Assembly (NCBI GenBank): GCA_963848295.1
Contig: CAWKDB010000010.1
Span: 2,816,001-2,880,000 of the forward strand
Reading direction: 5' to 3'
Source of the DNA: an uncultured delta proteobacterium
GTDB lineage: Bacteria; Myxococcota_A; Polyangia; Haliangiales; Haliangiaceae
Length of the DNA stretch: 64,000 nucleotides
The notes beneath the pieces are model-generated. The model ran no database searches, was not told the origin of the DNA, and saw nothing but the letters and a program-made list of their open reading frames with translations. Both the position numbers and the translations under genes were made by a program. This document shows positions 29,138 to 36,558 of this stretch, piece by piece (the stretch's first letter is position 1; every line of letters begins with the position of its first letter).

Positions 29138-29269
29138 CGCAACGTCAGGACGCCGATCGAGCCCGGCAAATGCGTTGTCCCACCTAACCGTTCCGCAGAT
29201 TCCTCGTCGGAGACTCGGCGTTGCGGAACGCTCGTGGCCCTCAACCCCGCGGGATCCCTCGGTGCGCCC

Positions 29270-29364
29270 AGAATCGCACTCTAGAGGTCAGGGGTTCGAT
29301 CCCCCTTGGCTCCACCAGGAAACGAAGAGGTCTCGCAGCGATGCGAGGCCTTCTTTCGTTTCGG
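29270..29364 (+). repeat. tRNA-Ala 3' fragment + CCA + terminator, copy 4 (attR-like)
   Basis: Same core, and the only copy followed by CCA (29315-29317). Confidence 0.97.
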
Positions 29365-29437
29365 CCTGGGCGCAAAACCGGGTGCGGAACGATCGCGTCA
29401 GGCAATTAGTCGTTTCGATCTCGGTCCACGAGAAGCC

Positions 29438-30208
29438 CTACCTAGGCTTCTCGTGGGGAAGCTTCCGAGTCGTGAACAGCGCTGCGAACATCGGCGATGC
29501 CTGAAACGCTTTGGCAAGCGCGGCGATGAGAGCAAGAGAGTAGCCGCGGCCTTGAAGCTCGGCCGCGATTTCGGCCAGCGGTCTTTGCTCGATCACGCGC
29601 CGTAGCAGGCGTGCGGCGGGACGATCAAGCGACAGCTGCAGCGGCTCAGCTAAGGCGAGTAACCAGCGCTCGATTTGCGCCGTCGCTCCGCGCTTCGGAT
29701 GGATGCGCTCGATCGCTTCCAGAATCGTTTCTCGATCGCCCGCGTCAGCGAGTAGCGCGAGGAAGGTGCGGTGTTGGCGCTCGCGGACACGACGTCGCAG
29801 CGCGAACAGCTGTGCACGCACTCGAATGAGCGTGATTGCGCGAGCGAGCGCATCACCCGCGTGGCCATGATGACGTCGTACCATGCGGAGGTATGGGGCC
29901 AGTGCACGGTTGTCTTCGTGCTCCGCGGATGCTGCTTCGAGGATCGCCCAGCTCGCGGCCAGACCGGTTGCAATTATCGCCTCAGCGGCACGCAAGCCGC
30001 GACGACGCTCGAGTCGAGCGCACGCCTCGTGGATCCTGACTCGCGCCCGCAGGGTTGCGTCCGGCACTGGCGGCAACGGATCGACAGCGACACCGGGCGG
30101 GTGAAACACCCACTGCGGGGTGAGCGCGGGTAACGTTGGAGTGCGGACAACGAGCGTCACCGGGAGACACTCGCCGAACGTTTCGCGCGAGAGCCTCATC
30201 CGCTTCAC
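29438..30208 (-). CDS. Hypothetical protein, possibly a gene remnant
   Basis: 256-aa helical Arg/Ala/Leu-rich ORF, atypical codon usage, no clear motif. Confidence 0.45.
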   Translation of the reverse strand: MKRMRLSRETFGECLPVTLVVRTPTLPALTPQWVFHPPGVAVDPLPPVPDATLRARVRIHEACARLERRRGLRAAEAIIATGLAASWAILEAASAEHEDNRALAPYLRMVRRHHGHAGDALARAITLIRVRAQLFALRRRVRERQHRTFLALLADAGDRETILEAIERIHPKRGATAQIERWLLALAEPLQLSLDRPAARLLRRVIEQRPLAEIAAELQGRGYSLALIAALAKAFQASPMFAALFTTRKLPHEKPR

Positions 30209-30668
30209 TCGAGTCTGTTCCGTCCAACGGTCAAGACGTAGCCAGGCTCGCTAGCGCGCAAGCGTGTCGACGGTGCGAACTTTCTCGGCGGCGACGTGAG
30301 CGAGAATCGCGTCGCACAGCGCCCGCTTGTTCTCGATGTCGTACGGTGCCGGCGCGCCGTCGCCCGGGACGAGCAGGCTGGTTTCCGGCGTGCCACCATC
30401 GACGAAGCACGTGTTGGTCGTCGGCGATGACACGACCTTGACGCCGTTCACCACCTGCTGCGGATTAGCTCGCGCGTGAACATGATCGGCTGAACGCCGC
30501 GCTCGCGATCGGCTTTGCATTCGGGGCAGTCGTGCATCAGCGCCTCGAGATCCATGAACGGATGCTCGATGTCGTCGAGGGTGGCTAGTCTCTGGTCTCG
30601 CGCGGGCCCGCGTCAGCTTGCTCGACGACCTTCACCTCCGAACAGCGTACCCGGCGACCGAGCCCGCG

Positions 30669-32627
30669 TCAGCGATCGCTGCGAAATCCGATGCGCTGGT
30701 GCGTGCCGTCGCAGAACGGCTTCGTGCTGCTGCCGCCGCACCGGCACAGCTTTGCCTGCTGGACGCGCGCGACGACCCGGCCGGTGCCACTCGTGATCTC
30801 CAGGTTTCCGCGAACGCGGAGCGGGCCGTCGGTCAGCGGATCGATCGCGAGCTCGCCATCACGGACGGCGAGCATGTCGGTGTCCGTGGTCGTCGCCGGC
30901 TCTCCGGTCGCCGTGAACTCGATCTCGTGATGCGATCCGTCGCAGAACGGCTTCGCCTTCGACGCGCCGCACCGGCACAGCGTCGCGCGAAACCCCGCCG
31001 AGGCGGAATCGCCATCCAGCACGAGGTCGGCGCGTACCGAGTAGGGCCCGTTCTCGCGGATCGAGATCAGATTCACCGGCGGCGCGGTTTCATCGGGGGC
31101 GCCGTCCTTGCGACGGTAGCGGATCGCGCCCGAGGGACATGCATGCGCGATCTCGACGAGCTTCGCGACCTCGATCGCGTCCGGGTGAATCCACGGCCCG
31201 ACGACGTTCGCGAGAAAGACTTGCGGCGCGCCGGTCACGCAGAACCGCGAGTGAATGCATTTCTTGCCCTCGTAGATCAGCGTGAGGTGCTCGCCCTCGA
31301 TGCTGTCGATGCCGTCGCGGGTCGTCGGCACCGGCGGTGGTGCGAGCGGGAGCTTCACGACGCGCGCCGGCGCCACCGGCGTGACCGGCTTCGCTTCGCT
31401 AAGTCCTCGCTTCGCGCGGGCGCCGAGGTCGGCGAGGATGCGGTGCGTGCGGGCGGTGCGCTCGTCTCTGGACAGCGCGAGCGCGTGCTCGGCGAGCTCG
31501 TCAAGCCTCTCGACGACATAGCGCGCGACGCTCGGTCCCGGCGGAAACGGGGCGGCGTCGCGGAGCGCGATGAACGACACCCCGGCGTTGCACCCGGGAT
31601 GTGATGGTCCGGCGGGGAGCCGCGCCGCACGTTCGGCCAGCGGAGTCATCGCGTGCATCAAGCCGAGCGCGAGATCGATCGCATCGCGCTTGTGCGACGA
31701 CGGACGCGGGACCGCGTACGACAACGCGAGCAAGCGGATCATCAGGCCGTAGATCGCGTTCGCGACGTCGACCGTTCGCGCGGCTTCCTCGTCCTCGATC
31801 CAGACGCGGCCTTCACGGAGCGGCGGCGGACGCAGCACCGGATTGTGCGCGGCGGGATATGCCGGCTCGAACTGCGGATCGGACGCGCGCACGGCCGCGA
31901 GCTCGTCGCGGATCGCGGCGAACCGGTTGTAGTGCGAGCCCTCGACGTGCCCCGGAGATCCTTCGCCTTGCTCGACGATCGTCGCGAGGGCCGCGAGCGC
32001 GGTCTTCACGCACACGACCGGCCGCACGTCGACCAGCTCGGCCTCGTCGCCGGTCAGCTGGAGCGCGGGATCGCCGCAGAACGCCTCGGCATCGCCGTGA
32101 TGCTCCGCAAACGCGCGCAGATCCTCCTCGAGGCGCGCGTAGAACGCGCCGATCGTCTCGTAGTCCGATGACATCGGCGTGATGCGATCGCGGTGGCTTC
32201 CGCGCTTGAAGGTGCCACCGGGCTCGAAGCCGGTACCTTCAGGCTCGTTCGAGTCGGCCGGTCGCTCGAGGTGCGTGAAGTGTTGCAGCACGGCCGCGCT
32301 GAACGGTGCGAGCCGCACGACCACGGGCGCCGGCAGGTTTCCCGGCGTGAGCGGGAAGTTGTCTCGGCCGAAGTGCGGCGTGCCGCCGATCGCGGACGTC
32401 AGGTTCCACACCGCGACGAGGTGTGCCATCTCTTCCTTGGCGACCTGCACGATCGTGCCGCGCCAGCGCGCGACCGCATCGACGTGCGCGGCCGGCAGTC
32501 CCTCGCCGCCGGTCTTGAGGCTGAACGCGGCGTAGAGGTACGTGCACATCAACGTGTGCTCGAGCTCCGCGGCCTCGTAGAGCGCGTGGAGGATTTGCTC
32601 CCGACTCGGCGTTCGCATCGCGGGCAT
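30669..32627 (-). CDS. Ferritin-like (VioB-type) domain fused to a divergent 4Fe-4S domain and two CDGSH Fe-S domains
   Basis: AAELEHTLMCTYLYAAFSLK, EEMAHL, EQGEG, SHY; CIHSRFC...CPSGA; LCRCGASKAKPFCDGSH and LCRCGGSSTKPFCDGTH. Confidence 0.9.
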   Translation of the reverse strand: MPAMRTPSREQILHALYEAAELEHTLMCTYLYAAFSLKTGGEGLPAAHVDAVARWRGTIVQVAKEEMAHLVAVWNLTSAIGGTPHFGRDNFPLTPGNLPAPVVVRLAPFSAAVLQHFTHLERPADSNEPEGTGFEPGGTFKRGSHRDRITPMSSDYETIGAFYARLEEDLRAFAEHHGDAEAFCGDPALQLTGDEAELVDVRPVVCVKTALAALATIVEQGEGSPGHVEGSHYNRFAAIRDELAAVRASDPQFEPAYPAAHNPVLRPPPLREGRVWIEDEEAARTVDVANAIYGLMIRLLALSYAVPRPSSHKRDAIDLALGLMHAMTPLAERAARLPAGPSHPGCNAGVSFIALRDAAPFPPGPSVARYVVERLDELAEHALALSRDERTARTHRILADLGARAKRGLSEAKPVTPVAPARVVKLPLAPPPVPTTRDGIDSIEGEHLTLIYEGKKCIHSRFCVTGAPQVFLANVVGPWIHPDAIEVAKLVEIAHACPSGAIRYRRKDGAPDETAPPVNLISIRENGPYSVRADLVLDGDSASAGFRATLCRCGASKAKPFCDGSHHEIEFTATGEPATTTDTDMLAVRDGELAIDPLTDGPLRVRGNLEITSGTGRVVARVQQAKLCRCGGSSTKPFCDGTHQRIGFRSDR

Positions 32628-32628
32628 T

Positions 32629-33249
32629 CTACCGCAGTGGGCTCGAAGGGTTAGGCGTCGGCGCCGCGACCCGCGCGAGGATGTTGCGGTCGGTGTGATG
32701 AAACGGCTGGGCGGTACCGACGACCTGGATCACCGTGTCTTGTTTGTACGACCACGTGCCGTCGTGATGGATCGTGATGGTCATCGCGAACCGCTCGGTC
32801 CGAAACGCGTCCTCGAGGAACGGGTTCGAGATGATGCCGTTGACGAGCGAGCCGCGGACCGCCTCGACCGTGAACGTCGTGTCGTCTGCATGTGCCTTGC
32901 CGATCGCCATCGCGACCTGGCCGCGCGGAATCGCGAGCGTCATCAAGATCGATCCTGTCGCCGGTTCCCACAACCAGTAGCCGACCTGATCGTGAAACAT
33001 CGCGACCTCGCCCGGCTTGACGATGTGCGTGTGATAGCGCAACCCGTAGAACAGCTGCGGACCGTTCGTCTGCGCGTCGATCGGCTGGAGCTCGATGCGT
33101 TCGACGAATCGATTGGTCTCGCCGCCGGTCGCGACCGGATGAGTGTCGATGCCGATGTCTCCAGACCACACCCCGGCGAGCGCGCGCAACGGGCCGAGCT
33201 GATCGAGCGTGTTCGGATCGGGCACCGGTTCGGTGAAGACGTCGCGCAT
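32629..33249 (-). CDS. Nitrobindin / DUF1794 FABP-like heme beta-barrel
   Basis: LGPLRALAGVWSG, FHDQVGYWLW, FHHTDRN. Confidence 0.85.
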   Translation of the reverse strand: MRDVFTEPVPDPNTLDQLGPLRALAGVWSGDIGIDTHPVATGGETNRFVERIELQPIDAQTNGPQLFYGLRYHTHIVKPGEVAMFHDQVGYWLWEPATGSILMTLAIPRGQVAMAIGKAHADDTTFTVEAVRGSLVNGIISNPFLEDAFRTERFAMTITIHHDGTWSYKQDTVIQVVGTAQPFHHTDRNILARVAAPTPNPSSPLR

Positions 33250-33360
33250 GCGGCCCGCATTCTTCCCTCGGTCCGGGCCCCACATGCAAGGTCCCCGGCG
33301 TGTCGAGCTGTCGGTGCAGGCGCGGTGCGACTGCGCGGCTGTCGGCGCCGTCCGGATGGC

Positions 33361-33971
33361 ATGCGCTCGACCGTCGTATTGCTCGCTGTGATCGCTTGCG
33401 GGCACTCCGCAGCCTCGGTTCCCGATGGTCGCCCCGGAACGGACGCCGCGATCAGCGATGCCATCATCGGTGGCGACGCCGGAGGTTGCGGGGCCGAGAC
33501 CTGCCGAAGCCGACCGGAGCCTGCATCGGCTCCGAGCTCGACGCGAGCAGCGCGAGCTTGAGCATCACCGCGACCGGAGACACGATCACGCGTTGTGACA
33601 CCGGCCTGGGCGTGCGGGTCACGGCATTCGGCTCGGCGACCACGACGCTCGCGCTGTCGTCGTTCAACAACATCATCGCCGACCACACCACCACCGGGAT
33701 CGCGCTCGACATCGGCGATGCGCGCTCGGACTCGACCGTCGATACCGGCCACGATGCGCTGTGGGGCAACGGCGCGAACTTCAGCGGCGACGCGATCGAG
33801 GGTCCGGGAGACGTGAAGCAGGACTGCTTGCTCGACGCCGGGGCGCCGCCCGGGCTTCGTACCGGCTCGCCTTGTCTCGGCGCGGGCGATCCTGCGAACA
33901 GCTCGCCGCACGATTTTTGGGACCAACCGCGCGGCACGCCGCCGGACATCGGCGCAGTCGAGTCACCGTGA
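33361..33971 (+). CDS. Lipoprotein with choice-of-anchor-Q-like tail (frameshift near 33505)
   Basis: MRSTVVLLAVIAC in one frame; GSPCLGAG...PRGTPPDIGAVE in the next. Confidence 0.55.
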
Positions 33972-34092
33972 AGTCGGCGGGCTGACGCGATGAGCTCGGA
34001 CGAACCGCAACGCACTCGGTCACCTGCGAGCGTTGCGTTCCGTGCATCCGATCGGGCGCGGCCGGCGAAGTGAGGGGCCAGGAGGACCCTCG

Positions 34093-35652
34093 ATGCCCGA
34101 TCGCACCACGTTCCCTACGTCGTTCGCCCTTGGCCTTGCTGTCGCAGTCGCCGGCTGTGACCCCAGCACCACCGCGGAGGATGCGCACGTCCGCGTCGCG
34201 CACCTGTCGCCGGACGCGCCGAGCGTCGACTTCTGCGTCGCGCCTCACGGCGGCACGGCGTTCGTCGGCCCGATCCTCGCGACCAACGGGCTCGCGACCG
34301 GCCTGGCGTATGGCAATGCGACGAAGTACTTCGACCTCGCCGCCGACACCTACGACGTGCGGCTCGTCGCGCCGGGCTCCGCCGACTGCAACACCTCGCT
34401 CGGCGGGCTCGCCGACTTCACGAACCTGCCGAGCCTCGCGCCCGGCGACTCGGTGACGCTCGCGGCGGAAGGACTCGCGACGCTCGGCTCCGAGACGCCG
34501 CTGCGCATCGCGGCGTACGTCGACGACACCGAGGTCGACAGTGGCCAGGCCAAGCTCCGGTTCATCCACGCGTCGCCCGGCACGCCGGCGGTCGATGTCG
34601 GCGTCGGCGGTGGTGCGGTGTTCACCTCGGTGTTCACCGACGTCGCCTACGGCGACACCGCGGCGGCGGACAGCGGCTATGTCGAGACCGCGCCGATCTC
34701 CGGCGCCGAGATCAGCGCGCGCGCCCACGGCTCGTCGAGTGACGCGCTGTCGATCAAGCCCGCGGTGCTCCCCGCCGGTGCGATCGCGACCGCGTTCGCG
34801 ATCGGCGAGATCGGCTCGGCGACGACGCCGTTGCGCGTCCTGCTCTGCGTCGACAACGCGGCGGCCGTCGGCCTGATGTCGCAGTGCTCGGTCGTCGGCG
34901 GGACGCCGTCGCGCGCGCACGTCCGCGTCGCTCACCTGTCGCCCGATCTGCGCGCGGTCGACTTCTGTCTCGCGCCGGCCGGTACCACCGCGTTCAGCGC
35001 GCCGGTGCTCGCGTCGCTCGGCGTGCAAGACGGCCTGACGTATGCCGCGGTCACGACCTACGTCGACTTGCCGGTCGGCAAGTACGACATCCGCGTGATC
35101 ATCGCGAACGCGACCGGCTGCTCGATCCCCGCGATCCCTGACACGCTTGGCGTCAGCGTCGACAACGATCAGACCGCGACGATCGCGGCGCTCGGTGACT
35201 CCGATCCCACCGGCCTCGCGGCTCACGATCCGCCGTTGCACCTCGCGCTGTTCACGGACTCGACGACCGTGCCGAGTGGCTCCGCGCAGCTACGGTTCAT
35301 CCACGCGTCGCCCGGCACGCCGGCGGTCGACGTCGGCCTCGGCTCGGGCGCGTCGTTCACGAAGGTGTTCGCGGACGTGTCGTTCGGCGACATCGCGACG
35401 AACACCGGCATCGACGCGCTCGGCTATGTCCAGACCGCGGCGCCGCTGACCACGACCGTCGCGGCGCGGCTCGCGAACACGACCGGCGATGCGCTCGTGC
35501 TGCCGGGCGTGACGCTGCCCGGCGAAGGCATCATCACGGCGTTCGCGATCGGCAACAAGACCGGCGCGAGCTCGCCGCCGCTGCAGGTCCTGCTGTGCGA
35601 TGACAACGCCGCGCCGAACGGCCTGATGTCGAGCTGCATGCTCGCGCCGTGA
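34093..35652 (+). CDS. DUF4397-repeat lipoprotein
   Basis: GGAGG RBS, lipobox VAGC, four VRVAHLSPD / LRFIHASPGTPAVDV repeats (internal duplication). Confidence 0.9.
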   Translation: MPDRTTFPTSFALGLAVAVAGCDPSTTAEDAHVRVAHLSPDAPSVDFCVAPHGGTAFVGPILATNGLATGLAYGNATKYFDLAADTYDVRLVAPGSADCNTSLGGLADFTNLPSLAPGDSVTLAAEGLATLGSETPLRIAAYVDDTEVDSGQAKLRFIHASPGTPAVDVGVGGGAVFTSVFTDVAYGDTAAADSGYVETAPISGAEISARAHGSSSDALSIKPAVLPAGAIATAFAIGEIGSATTPLRVLLCVDNAAAVGLMSQCSVVGGTPSRAHVRVAHLSPDLRAVDFCLAPAGTTAFSAPVLASLGVQDGLTYAAVTTYVDLPVGKYDIRVIIANATGCSIPAIPDTLGVSVDNDQTATIAALGDSDPTGLAAHDPPLHLALFTDSTTVPSGSAQLRFIHASPGTPAVDVGLGSGASFTKVFADVSFGDIATNTGIDALGYVQTAAPLTTTVAARLANTTGDALVLPGVTLPGEGIITAFAIGNKTGASSPPLQVLLCDDNAAPNGLMSSCMLAP

Positions 35653-35657
35653 CGCGG

Positions 35658-36497
35658 CTACCCCGGCTGCCAGAACGGCTCGGCGCCACCCCAGAATGCG
35701 TGATACGTGCGCAGCGCGCGAGAGATCGCAGCGACGCCGCCGAACGCCTTGGTCTGCGACGGATAACGCGCGATCGCGTCGAGCTTGTGCTGTTCGTGCT
35801 CGGTGATCGCGACCGTGGACAGCCTCCAGCTCGCGGCCTGGAGCGCGGGCGGCCACAGCGCCTCGAGCGGCGGGCCACGGCGAGCCGCCGCGATCGCGCG
35901 CAGCACGACGGCGAGCCGCTTGGCCGATAACAACGGCGACCGACGCGCCGGCCAGGTCGAACGCGCAGCCACCGGGTGGGCGCGGCGCATCGTCCGCGAC
36001 AGCGCGTAGAAGTCTTCGTAGAACCACACGCGATCGAGCCAGTCACGAGCGATCGCCATGTCGATCGCCGCGAGCGAGGCCTCGACGTGATCGATGTGAT
36101 TGCCGATGCCGAACGGGATCAGGACGCGGGTCGGCCCGAGCTCCGCGAGCTGGTCGAGGCTGCCGCGCACGGCGGCGAGCGTGGCGAAGCCGTCGCGCTG
36201 CGCCGGGGTCGTGAAGAACGACCAGCCGGTGAGGTACGGGCGGCGAAACGCGCGTTCGACGTGATCGAGCCGGAGCACCTCGGCGCCGAGCACGGTGCAC
36301 GCCGCGAGGTCTTCGGCCCGCCGGGTGTCGTAGTCGGCGAACTTGCGCATGCTCGGCGCGATCTCGTCGAGCGGCGGACCCCGCGTGTAGATGGAAGCGA
36401 TCACGACGCGATCGCCCGCGGCAGTCCAGCGCGCGATCGTCCCACCCACCGACAGCGCGGCGTCGTCGAGGTGGGGCGAGATGACGAGGGTCGTCAC
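35658..36497 (-). CDS. PIG-L family deacetylase
   Basis: ISPHLDDA, RRAED, GNHIDH, YPSQ motifs. Confidence 0.9.
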   Translation of the reverse strand: MTTLVISPHLDDAALSVGGTIARWTAAGDRVVIASIYTRGPPLDEIAPSMRKFADYDTRRAEDLAACTVLGAEVLRLDHVERAFRRPYLTGWSFFTTPAQRDGFATLAAVRGSLDQLAELGPTRVLIPFGIGNHIDHVEASLAAIDMAIARDWLDRVWFYEDFYALSRTMRRAHPVAARSTWPARRSPLLSAKRLAVVLRAIAAARRGPPLEALWPPALQAASWRLSTVAITEHEQHKLDAIARYPSQTKAFGGVAAISRALRTYHAFWGGAEPFWQPG

Positions 36498-36558
36498 CTC
36501 CGAGAGTATGACCGGTCGGCCGCGCCGCAGCTTGACCGACTTGTCCGCTCGCGCGACC

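Larger units (their letters stand above)
28361..29314 (+). mobile_element. tRNA-anchored cassette 3 (VapBC-type TA pair)
   Basis: Bounded by tRNA-3' copies 3 and 4. Confidence 0.8.

Noticed and set aside
25958..29364. CRISPR array, or four separate tRNA genes
   Set aside because: Spacers are about 1 kb and carry genes; copies 2-4 lack the 5' acceptor strand and D-arm, so they are att-type fragments rather than tRNAs.
25000..31000. Integrase or transposase associated with the tRNA array
   Set aside because: I found no ORF with tyrosine-recombinase (R-HxxR-Y), serine-recombinase or DDE motifs by eye; a profile search would be needed to exclude a remnant.
34093..35652. Nucleotide repeat at about 34558 and 35293 (CGGTTCATCCACGCGTCGCCCGGCACGCCGGCGGTCGA)
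   Set aside because: Explained by internal duplication of DUF4397 domains.
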